Source: Patescibacteria group bacterium (GTDB taxonomy: Bacteria; Patescibacteriota; Minisyncoccia; Phycocordibacterales; Phycocordibacteraceae). Taken from it: a stretch of 45,437 bases of DNA. Each line of letters begins with the position of its first letter. The first letter of the stretch is position 1. Below the pieces are notes generated by a model. It was not told the origin of the DNA, searched no databases, and saw only the letters and a program-made list of their open reading frames with translations. The position numbers and the translations under genes were made by a program. Shown piece by piece: positions 15,920 through 25,708 of this stretch. The stretch covers positions 1-45,437 of the forward strand of contig JAIELV010000003.1 of assembly GCA_019752595.1 (NCBI GenBank), given 5' to 3'.

Positions 15920-16717
15920 CTACACGTTCTCGTCACCAAGTATGGTCGTTGGTGGTCTATTTTGTGGCTGACCGTACGTTCCTGCTCGTATCTGCTCGGC
16001 GGCATTGTCCTGTCTCGCTTTCGACATTCTATAGAGCTCTGTTTCCCTCACCTCTTGCATAAGTCTTGCGTACCGTTCATCCATACGCTCGAGCGCGTCT
16101 TCTGCTGCAACAATACTTATCTTCACTTCACCTTTCTTCCGCTTTTCAAGGAATGATGCGAGCACCTTCTGAATCTCAGGCCGTTCGCGAAACTTAAGGG
16201 GATCGAAGACTGTGTCTATTTTTTCCAAGGCCGCCCTTGCCCGCTCCACTTGTGCCCCATTGGTGAATATGACGAGATGCTTCCAGTTGCGCTCTTCAAC
16301 CAGACGAATGTTTTCAAGTAATTCAGTGACCGTTGAGACCGAATCCTGTTGCACGATGATATCCTCCTCGGATATACCCGCGGATCTGAATTCAGCAGCC
16401 GCAACTTCCGCATGACGCTCTTCGGGCCAATCCTTTGTCGCTGTATTGAAACTATTGGCAATCACTTTTGCCTCGGTGAAATATTCAGTCTTCAGTCTCC
16501 GTATCGCAATCTCGCCTCCATGAGATCCATTGATATCTCCGCGCGCGCCAACGTCACTATACCCGCCCGTCTTCCAACGTCCCACCGTACCAACTTTCTT
16601 GACTCCGTTTGCGAGCAAAGAAAACGCGTCTGGCACGCCACCACCCCATAAAGATTCATATAGTTTCCTACTCTCCCCTCTGGACACTCGCCCGTTTGAT
16701 GATTCTGTAAATCTCAT
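15920..16717 (-). CDS. YdcF/ElyC (DUF218)-like protein
   Basis: AE...GISEEDIIVQQDSVSTVTEL...LVIFTNGAQVERA matches the DUF218 pattern loosely. Confidence 0.6.
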   Translation of the reverse strand: MRFTESSNGRVSRGESRKLYESLWGGGVPDAFSLLANGVKKVGTVGRWKTGGYSDVGARGDINGSHGGEIAIRRLKTEYFTEAKVIANSFNTATKDWPEERHAEVAAAEFRSAGISEEDIIVQQDSVSTVTELLENIRLVEERNWKHLVIFTNGAQVERARAALEKIDTVFDPLKFRERPEIQKVLASFLEKRKKGEVKISIVAAEDALERMDERYARLMQEVRETELYRMSKARQDNAAEQIRAGTYGQPQNRPPTTILGDENV

Positions 16718-16738
16718 AAAAATAATTGTGTCGCAACA

Positions 16739-17566
16739 CTAGCACTCCTCGTTAAGATATTCAACAAGTGCCTCCTGCCACGGCCGCAGAGTGATATGTT
16801 TTGATGCAATAGATTCATTCGTCGGCAAGGGGGAGCCTGTGGGGAAGAAACTCCGACCAACCGCACGTACCACAGCATCAGGTTTTATCTGCAGTGCCAT
16901 CGCACTAGCAAGGTCGTAGCGCGTAGCAATACCTAAATTCGCGACATGAAATGTGCCGAAATTGCCTTCGCTCATCAGAGTCTTAATTGCGGCAATGTAG
17001 TCTTTTCCGTACGTCGGGGAGCCGTGAACGTCATTAAGACCGACGATTTCTGATTGCCCCGATTGTAACTGCTGAAAAACTTTTCCGTAAAACTTGGTGT
17101 CATTTTGAATCTTGCCACCAAACACCCACGAAGTGCGCGCAATAATATGTTTCGGAACGAGGGTTGCAGTGATAATTTCCCCAATGTGTTTCGTGCGACC
17201 GTAGTGCGTCTCGGGTTCTGGAAGATCGTCTTCCGTATATGGATCTGGTTTATTTCCTTTGAACACACGTGAAGTCGACGCATAGACCATTACTGCACCA
17301 TGTGAGCGAGCGGCTCGTGCGACGTTGTAGGTGCCACGTACGTTCAACTCATATGCATATGCGGGTTCCGCTTCGGTGCGAGTCATATCAGTTGCGCCCG
17401 CAAGGAGAATAATCGCACTTGGCTTATAGCGTGCAACAACCTCTTCTACCGCATCTGCATCTGTAATGTCGCATTCTGCGTGCGTAGGGCGCGAGCCGAA
17501 ATCAATATAAGAGCCGATCGTGCCACTCGCACCAAACGTAAGTACCTTCTCAAAATCAAAGCTCAT
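16739..17566 (-). CDS. rmlD: dTDP-4-dehydrorhamnose reductase family SDR
   Basis: GASGTIG, DITD, AYELNV.GT.NVA, YGRTK, RTSWVFG, GSPTY. Confidence 0.85.
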   Translation of the reverse strand: MSFDFEKVLTFGASGTIGSYIDFGSRPTHAECDITDADAVEEVVARYKPSAIILLAGATDMTRTEAEPAYAYELNVRGTYNVARAARSHGAVMVYASTSRVFKGNKPDPYTEDDLPEPETHYGRTKHIGEIITATLVPKHIIARTSWVFGGKIQNDTKFYGKVFQQLQSGQSEIVGLNDVHGSPTYGKDYIAAIKTLMSEGNFGTFHVANLGIATRYDLASAMALQIKPDAVVRAVGRSFFPTGSPLPTNESIASKHITLRPWQEALVEYLNEEC

Positions 17567-18279
17567 GCTGCGCGTTTCGCCATCTCGTTTGTAACCCTCA
17601 GGAGCGACTCAAACGTCCCTGCGTCTGACCACAGGCCCTTAATGATGCCGTAGGAAAGCTTCCCATACTTTAAATATGCGTTGTTCGCGTCTGTAATTTC
17701 TAACTCACCTCGCCCAGAGGGTTTCAGTGTTTTGATGATTGGGAACACATGGTGGTCATACATATAGAAACCTGTCTGTGCGAACTGTGACTTTGGTTTT
17801 TTCGGCTTCTCTTCTATCTTCAGTATTTTTTTACCTGTTCTATCGAAAACGGGTACGCCGAACCGTGAAGGATTTTTTACCGCCTTGAAAAAAACTTTTG
17901 CTCCCTCTTTAAAGGCAGCGACGTCTTTTTTGAAATTTTGTTCAAAGATATTGTCTCCAAGGATAATGGCAATCGGGCCCTCATCGGCAAAATCTTCGGC
18001 ATAGGAAAGCGCATCGGCAATACCTCCGTTGTCTTTGTCTTGAAGTGCGTACGAAAGTTTAACTCCCCATTCTTTTCCAGAACCCAAGAAGCGCATAAAG
18101 TGCCCCGCGTGCTCGCGACCTGTGACAATCATGATGTCGGTAATCCCAGAGTTTTTCAGCGTCTCCAAGGGATACAAAATCATCGGTTTGTTGTATACAG
18201 GCAAAAGGTGCTTGTTGGTTATGCGTGTTATGGGGTGTAGCCGTGTGCCTAACCCCCCAGCCAAAATGACGCCTTTCAT
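17563..18279 (-). CDS. rmlA: Glucose-1-phosphate thymidylyltransferase (short form)
   Basis: MKGVILAGGLGTRLHPIT...NKHLLPVYNKPMI, LGDNIF, EEKP, PSGRGELEITD, WSDAGT; ATGA overlap with the rmlB stop. Confidence 0.93.
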   Translation of the reverse strand: MKGVILAGGLGTRLHPITRITNKHLLPVYNKPMILYPLETLKNSGITDIMIVTGREHAGHFMRFLGSGKEWGVKLSYALQDKDNGGIADALSYAEDFADEGPIAIILGDNIFEQNFKKDVAAFKEGAKVFFKAVKNPSRFGVPVFDRTGKKILKIEEKPKKPKSQFAQTGFYMYDHHVFPIIKTLKPSGRGELEITDANNAYLKYGKLSYGIIKGLWSDAGTFESLLRVTNEMAKRAA

Positions 18280-19376
18280 TTTTTTCGTTTGCTTGTGACT
18301 GCGTGACCTCGCCATAAATCAATATGCGGGTTGAAAACACCAGTCTTCTTGCGCACCTTTTCTATCCATTTTCCATTTTGAGTATACCACCGCACCGTTT
18401 CGGCAAACGCCTCATCAAAATCATACTCGGGCTTCCAGTCTAATTCGTTCATAATGCGGGACGCGTCTATGGCGTAACGGCGATCGTGCCCTGGTCTTTC
18501 GGCGACAAACTCAATCATGTCCTTCCCCTTGCCGAAATACTTGAGGATACGGTCTGCGATTTCCCGATTATTCATTTCATTATCTGCGCCGATGTTGTAT
18601 ACCGCGCCTGACTTACCGCGCAACAAACACAGCTCAAGCGCCCGTGCGTGGTCTATGACGTAAATCCAATCACGTACGTGATTTCCATCGCCATACAGAG
18701 GGAGTGTTTTCCCTTCAAGCATACGGAGGACGAAAAACGGAATGAGTTTTTCTGGATACTGCTGTGGGCCATAGTTGTTAGAGCAGTGCGTCACGATTGC
18801 AGGCACACCCCAGGTGTTGTGATACGCACGGCACAACATATCGCCCCCAGCTTTCGTAGCCGCATACGGAACGTTCGGTGCAAACGCTGTGTCTTCAGAG
18901 AATTTCTCCTTCGACGTAAGACTCAAGGACCCATACACCTCGTCAGTTGAAACCTGAACGAATGACGTGACGGCGCCAGACGCCTTTACGGCTTCAAGAA
19001 TGTTGAACACCCCAACGACGTTCGTGTTAATGAATTCAAGTGCACCGACGTGAATACTTCTATCAACATGGGTCTCGGCGGCGAAATTGATAACGTAGTC
19101 TGGTCTGTATTTTTTAAACGTTGCATTTACCTTCTTCTGGTCGGCAATGTCACCGCGTACGAACGTATACCGCGGGTCTTTTGCCACTTCGCGTAAGTTA
19201 TCCAAATTGCCCGAATACGTAAGTTTATCTAAATTGATTATCTTTGCTTTCGGATATTTCTTCAGGATGTAGTGAATGAAATTGGAGCCAATAAAACCCG
19301 CTCCACCGCAGACGAGTAATTTTTTCCCGTTGAACGTAGAAGAGGAGATTTTTTTCGGTCGCGCCTTTCCAGTCAT
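18276..19376 (-). CDS. rmlB: dTDP-glucose 4,6-dehydratase
   Basis: GGAGFIGSNF, DKLTYSGN, AAETHVDRSI, STDEVYG, CSNNYGP.QYPEKLIP, RPGHDRRYA. Confidence 0.96.
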   Translation of the reverse strand: MTGKARPKKISSSTFNGKKLLVCGGAGFIGSNFIHYILKKYPKAKIINLDKLTYSGNLDNLREVAKDPRYTFVRGDIADQKKVNATFKKYRPDYVINFAAETHVDRSIHVGALEFINTNVVGVFNILEAVKASGAVTSFVQVSTDEVYGSLSLTSKEKFSEDTAFAPNVPYAATKAGGDMLCRAYHNTWGVPAIVTHCSNNYGPQQYPEKLIPFFVLRMLEGKTLPLYGDGNHVRDWIYVIDHARALELCLLRGKSGAVYNIGADNEMNNREIADRILKYFGKGKDMIEFVAERPGHDRRYAIDASRIMNELDWKPEYDFDEAFAETVRWYTQNGKWIEKVRKKTGVFNPHIDLWRGHAVTSKRKK

Positions 19377-19388
19377 GAGTGTCGCATT

Positions 19389-20321
19389 TTATACTTCCTC
19401 CTCAACGAAGTAAATCGGTCGTTTTTTTACTTCTTCAAATGTTTTTCCAAGATAAAGCGCAATAAGTCCAAGAATTGTTGAAATCATTCCGAAGATGAGC
19501 CAGAGCGAGCCCACGAGTATCTCAAACTGCCCGATGACGCTATTTCCCAACAAGCCCTGCAAGAGAACGAATGTTAGATAAACGACGGCGAGAAACGTTA
19601 CCACCAAGCCGAATTTGATAATGAGCCTCAGTGGCTTGTCCGAGTACGCAAGAATAATGTCTGCCGCAAGGCTCAATAATTTCCGAAGCGAATAGCCAGA
19701 CTTGCCACCCTTCCTTGCGCCGTGCTCCACTGGCACGCTCGCCGTCTTGAACCCCACCCAGCGCCTCATTACTGAGAAATAACGCATGTGTTCAGGAAGC
19801 GCCAAAATGGCATCAATAACTTTTCGATGATAGATACCAAAATTTGCTTCCGTACGATCCTGATGTCTTCCCGTAAGGTAACTCAAGGTTGCATAAAACA
19901 CTCGCGATACAAATGAGCGTATGAAACTATCGTGACGCTTTTGCCGTGAACCGACAACGACAAAAAATCCTTCCTGCGCTTTCTGATACATCTTTTCAAT
20001 CTCTTCTGGCTGGTCCTGAAGGTCGCAGTCCATAACCACAACCCACTCACCCTTGCTTTTAGCAAGGCCAGCGGTAATTGCAGGATACTGACCAAAATTT
20101 CGAGAGAGGTTTATGCCACGAACACACTTGTCTTGCCCTGCCAATTTTTTTATGACCTGCCACGCGTTATCAGGGCTCGCGTCATTCACGAAGATAATTT
20201 CAAAGGCAGGAGTAATTTTTTTTAGTATGAGAGCGACGCGCCTATGAAGCTCGGGCAACACATCATCGGACCCATACACGGGTATGACCACTGAAATATC
20301 TGGCTTACCCTTTTCTTCCAT
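19389..20321 (-). CDS. GT2 polyprenol-phosphate glycosyltransferase (GtrB/ArnC-like)
   Basis: SVVIPVY, FVNDASPD, LSRNFGQ, MDCDLQDQP, two C-terminal TM helices, RPIY. Confidence 0.9.
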   Translation of the reverse strand: MEEKGKPDISVVIPVYGSDDVLPELHRRVALILKKITPAFEIIFVNDASPDNAWQVIKKLAGQDKCVRGINLSRNFGQYPAITAGLAKSKGEWVVVMDCDLQDQPEEIEKMYQKAQEGFFVVVGSRQKRHDSFIRSFVSRVFYATLSYLTGRHQDRTEANFGIYHRKVIDAILALPEHMRYFSVMRRWVGFKTASVPVEHGARKGGKSGYSLRKLLSLAADIILAYSDKPLRLIIKFGLVVTFLAVVYLTFVLLQGLLGNSVIGQFEILVGSLWLIFGMISTILGLIALYLGKTFEEVKKRPIYFVEEEV

Positions 20322-20461
20322 ACAGGTCCTATAGTACTAGGTTTCCACACCCTCCGCGAGACCGCTATTAGCAAAGGAACTAATCCCGGTTGACGTAGAA
20401 ATAACCACATTCAGAGCCATGTAAACTGTATGTATTAGCATTTTGATTAACTAAATACAGT

Positions 20462-21979
20462 ATGAAGACAACGACCATAGCGAGAACATCTTTTGCCCTC
20501 GCAACAATTGCGGCACTCTTGGCCGCTTTTTTTATTAATCCATTCAATGTCAAAGCAGCAAATACTTTCTCAGCTCAACTAGACGAAACATCGGGTCAGT
20601 ATTTTTCCGTAAATGATTCCCCTTCACTCTCTATTACCGGTGACATATCCGTTGAGGCTTGGGTTAAACCTGAATCCCTCGTTGACGGAACAACCTACTA
20701 CATTGCCGCGAAAGGAACGACAAACGCGTTCAACGCGTGGCGTTTTATGGTGCATTGGAGAAATGACGTACAAAAGCATAGTCTTGCTTTCACCGTCGAC
20801 GAAGATGGGACAAATAACACTGTTGCATATTCATACGCTGACGTAGACATGGCAACTTACGTTGGGACGTGGGTACATGTAGCCGCAACGTGGGACGCAA
20901 CAACAGGGACTTCAACACCTAGAGTCTACATCAACGGCTCAGAAGTTGCCTCATATATACCTCCTCATAGTAACGATCTAAACACAAATGCGATTGTTGA
21001 TACTAATAGCCCGACATACATTGGAAATTCACCCAATGAAACATTCAATTGGGATGGAAAGATTGACGACGTACGTATATGGAACACGGAACGAAGCCCC
21101 GCTCAAATCTCTTCAAACTATAATATTGAGCTGACTGGTTCCGAGTCTGGTCTGGTAGCTTACTGGAAATTCAATAATGATGCAGGAGAGGATAGCACCG
21201 CGAACGGAAATAATCTGTCAGACATTAATGGTCCGACCTACAGTAACGACCCGGCATTCATTGTAGATGGGGCATTGCCAGTTGTGACTGTAACATACCC
21301 GACTGCATCTCAGACTGCCTCTGGCACGATTGTACTCACCGCAAGCTCAACCGACAACGTAGCCGTCGCTGGAGTACAGTTCAAAGTTGATGGAAACAAC
21401 TTCGGCGCAGAAGACACTTCCGCCCCGTACTCAATCAATCTTGACACCACCACTCTCGTAAACGGAGCACATACGGTGTCTGCTGTCGCCCGAGACACAT
21501 CAGACAACACCGCCTCATCATCGGTAATAAACTTCACCGTCAATAATGTGGCTCCGTATGTACCGACACTAAAAGTAAGGAAGGCGACGAATCAGCAACG
21601 AGTAAGCACAACGACCGTTCAGACTGATACGGACCTTACATTAGGGCTCGAAGGCGGAAAAACATACATTATCGACGGGGTGATTTTTGCTTCAGCAGTC
21701 AATGGCACACCAGACATTAAAATCAACTTCGGCGGAACAGGGATTACAACAGCAACCATCGGATACACAAACGACGGAAGCCAGGGGATGCTTGCTAACA
21801 ATGCGACAAGCCCCGTCATCCAACTGACTGCAACCCCCGAAGGAATACACATCCACGGGACTGTGGTTACGAATGCAAATGGGGATTTCGAACTGAAGTG
21901 GGCGCAAAACACGTCAAACGTAAACGCTACATCTGTGTTACTCGGAAGCTACCTGCGAGCAGAAGAGATTAATAACTAA
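20462..21979 (+). CDS. Secreted LamG/concanavalin-like + bacterial Ig-like protein
   Basis: Signal peptide; ISVEAWVK, WVHVAATWD, GKIDDVRIWN, GLVAYWKFN; Ig repeat DNVAVAGVQFKVDG...APYS...NGAHTVSAVARD. Confidence 0.88.
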   Translation: MKTTTIARTSFALATIAALLAAFFINPFNVKAANTFSAQLDETSGQYFSVNDSPSLSITGDISVEAWVKPESLVDGTTYYIAAKGTTNAFNAWRFMVHWRNDVQKHSLAFTVDEDGTNNTVAYSYADVDMATYVGTWVHVAATWDATTGTSTPRVYINGSEVASYIPPHSNDLNTNAIVDTNSPTYIGNSPNETFNWDGKIDDVRIWNTERSPAQISSNYNIELTGSESGLVAYWKFNNDAGEDSTANGNNLSDINGPTYSNDPAFIVDGALPVVTVTYPTASQTASGTIVLTASSTDNVAVAGVQFKVDGNNFGAEDTSAPYSINLDTTTLVNGAHTVSAVARDTSDNTASSSVINFTVNNVAPYVPTLKVRKATNQQRVSTTTVQTDTDLTLGLEGGKTYIIDGVIFASAVNGTPDIKINFGGTGITTATIGYTNDGSQGMLANNATSPVIQLTATPEGIHIHGTVVTNANGDFELKWAQNTSNVNATSVLLGSYLRAEEINN

Positions 21980-21982
21980 CCG

Positions 21983-22024
21983 AAACGCCCGACGCTACGA
22001 TTAGCTGTAGCGTCGGGCGTTTTT
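21983..22024 (+). terminator. Intrinsic terminator between convergent genes
   Basis: AAACGCCCGACGCTAC/GTAGCGTCGGGCGTTT 16-bp stem plus T tail. Confidence 0.85.
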
Positions 22025-22081
22025 ATGTGCAAAATGAATCTGCCGACATACGTCTGTCTGATCGATACTTTGAGTGCGATG

Positions 22082-23557
22082 TTAAATTCTCCGGGCAATT
22101 ACGAGATACCCAAGAGGAAACTTTTCCTTTGAAAACAGGCGCGGACGGACAAGGTGCAATAAAACATCCAAGAGGCATACGGAGGGAACCGTGACAATAC
22201 GCAAAAAACGCGGTACCAGAGAGTCAATTTGATAATACCCTGCAAGAAATGGACCGGTGCCAAAAGGTAGAATCGTGTCGCAGGTAAAACCCGCACGCTC
22301 AAATTCTTTTTGGAGTCCCTGACGAGTCATGCGTCTGAAGTCGGCAGGAGTGGGGTGCACATTTACCAGAAAAGGCACGACAGCGTATGCAATCCCGTCT
22401 TTTGCGAGAATGCGATGAGTCTCTCTCAGAGTCACACCGACATCGGAAACATGCTCAAGGACGTTCATCAGAAAAACGGTATTGGCATAACCATCAACAA
22501 GGGGGAGCTTCTCGGTAGCAATATCAGCTACAATATCCGGTTGTTCCTTTGGATCGATGTCTACCGTAACAACACGATGCCAACGACGAAATGTAAGGTA
22601 ACGGTAATGACTCCCGCGTTTTTTACCACCTCCGATGTCGATGATACGCCCGTATGCTTCGTGATTCAAAAGAGTACGGTTTGAGAAAAAACGATAACTA
22701 TCCTTGCCACGCAGGCATTCAACGAGAAAATCAACCGGGAGCGAACGAGAAAATGCCTTCCAGAAAGCTCCTACAAAAATGGAGACGTGGTACCAAAGCC
22801 ACGCAAATTCAATCCGTAACGGCATCGTTCCTTCCCGACCCCATTTTACATATGCGCGCACTACTGACAGTGCATATCCAAGAAAAGCCTTGATTCGGAA
22901 GAAAACCGCCCAACGAAAATATGAACTGAGTGTAGGAAAAGAGTCTGAGTATACCTCCCACTCTGCGTAACGCTTAAGAAATGAACCGAAGTTTTTAAAC
23001 CGCTCTGTGTCCCAGTGAAATTCATATGCACTGCGCGCCGTTCCTATCGGAAACTTCGTGCCATCAAAGACCAAGCGTTCGTGGACGTGTCCTTTAAATC
23101 GCGCGCCAACACTTTTATGCACAAGTCTGACTTGGTACCCCGGTTCAGACGCCGCGTGGTGAAAACGTTGTCCATCGTCTACTACCACGTAGGTGGGAAA
23201 ACGATATCCCAAATACGGCGGATGCGAGTCAGTGACAATACGCCGGATTTCTTCAATCCCTCCCTCAGAAAAAGTGTCATCAGAGTCCAAAAAAAGTCGC
23301 CAATCGTACGTACTTGCATCAAATGCTCTTTGGCGTACGGCTGCCTTATCCATCACACAACGAGTGTTTGGTTCATCAGTGTCATACTGTGACATAACTT
23401 TTGCCCCTGCGGCACGTGCCACGTCCCTCGTTGTGTCGGTACTGTTTCCGTCGGAAACAATAACTTCGGCAAAATGCTTTACTAATTCAAGCGCTCGGGG
23501 GAGGTCTCGGTCAGAATTGAGGGTGATAATACTCACCGAACACGGGATCTTTTGCAT
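22082..23557 (-). CDS. GT2 glycosyltransferase fused to a class I SAM methyltransferase
   Basis: SVSIITLNS, DGNSTD.T, FLDSDD, VHE; C-terminal IIDIGGG, NVLEHV, VPFL..VH..P.DFRRMT. ATG at 23557 preferred. Confidence 0.85.
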   Translation of the reverse strand: MQKIPCSVSIITLNSDRDLPRALELVKHFAEVIVSDGNSTDTTRDVARAAGAKVMSQYDTDEPNTRCVMDKAAVRQRAFDASTYDWRLFLDSDDTFSEGGIEEIRRIVTDSHPPYLGYRFPTYVVVDDGQRFHHAASEPGYQVRLVHKSVGARFKGHVHERLVFDGTKFPIGTARSAYEFHWDTERFKNFGSFLKRYAEWEVYSDSFPTLSSYFRWAVFFRIKAFLGYALSVVRAYVKWGREGTMPLRIEFAWLWYHVSIFVGAFWKAFSRSLPVDFLVECLRGKDSYRFFSNRTLLNHEAYGRIIDIGGGKKRGSHYRYLTFRRWHRVVTVDIDPKEQPDIVADIATEKLPLVDGYANTVFLMNVLEHVSDVGVTLRETHRILAKDGIAYAVVPFLVNVHPTPADFRRMTRQGLQKEFERAGFTCDTILPFGTGPFLAGYYQIDSLVPRFLRIVTVPSVCLLDVLLHLVRPRLFSKEKFPLGYLVIARRI

Positions 23558-23625
23558 GTTCTCGGCATTGTACACTTTTAGCTTGCTCCTACGCAAAGAA
23601 TCCTGATACCATTCCATTCTCTGCC

Positions 23626-24323
23626 ATGCACACACTAAAAGAATTTTTGAAGAGCATCTTGAAACTACCCCTCGGGCGAGGCGTGAGAAAGTCATACAGT
23701 CAGTTTGGAGAGGATGCGTTCATTCAGTGGCTTGTTGAAAAAATACGAAAAAAACGTACGTGGATGTAGGAGCATATCATCCCGTCTTGTATTCAAATAC
23801 GTATGCACTGTACACGCATGGTTGGAGTGGTTTAGTTATTGACCCAAACAACACCCTCTCGCCGCTTTACCACCTACTCCGACCTCGTGATCTATTTGTT
23901 TCGGCGGCTATTGGGAGTGCAGGAGTGGGTGTCTATTACTCTTTTTCTGATGGTGCCTATAACACGCTTGATCCTGAAGTGGCTGAAAAAAGAATCGCCC
24001 TTCCGTGGCTTCAACTTAAAAAGAAAATAGAAATTCCGCTAAAACCACTTTCACAACTGCTCGAAGAGAATTCCATTACAGAGATCGGGCTACTCACGAT
24101 TGATGTAGAAGGAAGAGATTTGGAGGTCTTAGAATCGCACAATTGGACTATCCGACCAGACGTCATCGCGGTAGAAGACGAACATTTTAACCCCGATGAA
24201 CCGCACGCAAGCGCTATCTATGCATACCTAAAAAATAAAAATTACACACTAGCGGGTCTTTGCGGACTAACCCTGCTTTTTAAGAACCGAACGACCAACA
24301 CAACTAGGTCCAATGCCCTGTAG
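23626..24323 (+). pseudogene. FkbM-family methyltransferase interrupted by a frameshift in an A tract
   Basis: Frame from ATG 23626 gives ...SYSQFGEDAF...IRKK and stops at 23767-23769; TYVDVGAYHP...SNT...IDVEG continues in the -1 frame; A7 at 23748-23754. Confidence 0.8.
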
Positions 24324-24427
24324 TGGAGTCGCGAGACATTGGACCCTACAAAGAGGCGCTCGCTACCGTAAGATAGTTGGATGCGAGAGGTTGCAACACT
24401 TAGAAACCGACCCTTTCTTGGGGTAGT

Positions 24428-25708
24428 ATGACCGAGATGGAGACACTCCGCGCTCACGCTTACCGCTTTCTTCGTTGGAGTGAAAAATATACCAAAACTG
24501 ACATGGTCTACGCCGCCTCCGGTGGTGTTTGGCTCATGGTAGGACAGAGCATGTCAAGCCTCTCAGTATTCCTGCTGTCTCTTGCTTTCGCCAATCTGGT
24601 ACCACCAGAGACCTACGGTGTGTATAAATATGTGCTTTCGATAGCGGCACTTTTCGCCCTCTTCACACTTCCAGGCATGCACACTGCAATCGGACGAGCA
24701 GTGGCACGAGGCAACACCGGGGCTATACCCGAAGCAATGCGCGCTCGGATACTTTGGAGCCTTTTTGGGATGCTTGTAGCATTCTTGGGTGGTGCATACT
24801 ACTTTATAAAAGGAAACAACGAATTAACCTTCGCATTTCTCCTGATTGGCGTTATCTTGCCTGTATTTGATACCTACACCCTGTATAACGCCTACCTCAC
24901 GGGCACACGCAACTTTAAAACACAGACCATAGTCCATGGTGCCGTGCAGCTCGTAAGCACCGCAAGTCTCGTGCTGACTCTTTTTTTTACCACAAACCTT
25001 TTGTATATACTTGTGGCGTATTTTTTACCGCTTGCCATGGCACGCTTCATCGCATATCGATTCATTTTAGGAGACATTCCACACGAATCCCCGGATCCTG
25101 CAGTCATTCGATACGGAAAACAACTAAGCGTTATAGGAATTTTGAGTACGGTTGCGAGTAACGTTGACAAAATACTTCTTTGGAAATTCTTAGGTCCCGC
25201 ACAACTTGCTGTATACGCATTTTCAATCGCCATACCTGAACAACTGAAAGGCCCTCTTCGGGGAGTTGGTGAACTCGCCTTTCCCAAATTTGCCGCGCAA
25301 ACTCCCGAACAAATAAGCAACTCTTTACCACTCCTGTGGAGAAAGCTCATCTTGTATGGAGTGGTACTGGTTACCATTTCTGTGATCTATATCCTGCTTG
25401 CCCCCTATATTTTCGCGTTTTTCTTCCCGCAGTATATGGAAAGCGTGCTGTACTCACAAATCTTTGCCACATCATTGGTTGCAGGAATAAGCGTTATTCC
25501 TGTTGCGGCACTCGAGGCTCAGAAGAAAATTGTTGCACAATACTTTTTAAACACTATTCAACCCATTACCAGTATTGTACTCATGCTTATGCTCATACCC
25601 ATATTCGGAGTGATGGGCGCAATAAGTGGATTAGTAATCGGACGATTGATGTCGACCTTATATATTATTGGCACTACTATCTTTATCTTCAGAAATCGAC
25701 AAACCTAA
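24428..25708 (+). CDS. Oligosaccharide flippase (Wzx/MOP family)
   Basis: About 12 TM segments; LAFANL.PPETYGVYKYVLS, DKILL..FLGPAQLAVYAFS, LIP.FGVMGA. Start could be 24437. Confidence 0.88.
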   Translation: MTEMETLRAHAYRFLRWSEKYTKTDMVYAASGGVWLMVGQSMSSLSVFLLSLAFANLVPPETYGVYKYVLSIAALFALFTLPGMHTAIGRAVARGNTGAIPEAMRARILWSLFGMLVAFLGGAYYFIKGNNELTFAFLLIGVILPVFDTYTLYNAYLTGTRNFKTQTIVHGAVQLVSTASLVLTLFFTTNLLYILVAYFLPLAMARFIAYRFILGDIPHESPDPAVIRYGKQLSVIGILSTVASNVDKILLWKFLGPAQLAVYAFSIAIPEQLKGPLRGVGELAFPKFAAQTPEQISNSLPLLWRKLILYGVVLVTISVIYILLAPYIFAFFFPQYMESVLYSQIFATSLVAGISVIPVAALEAQKKIVAQYFLNTIQPITSIVLMLMLIPIFGVMGAISGLVIGRLMSTLYIIGTTIFIFRNRQT

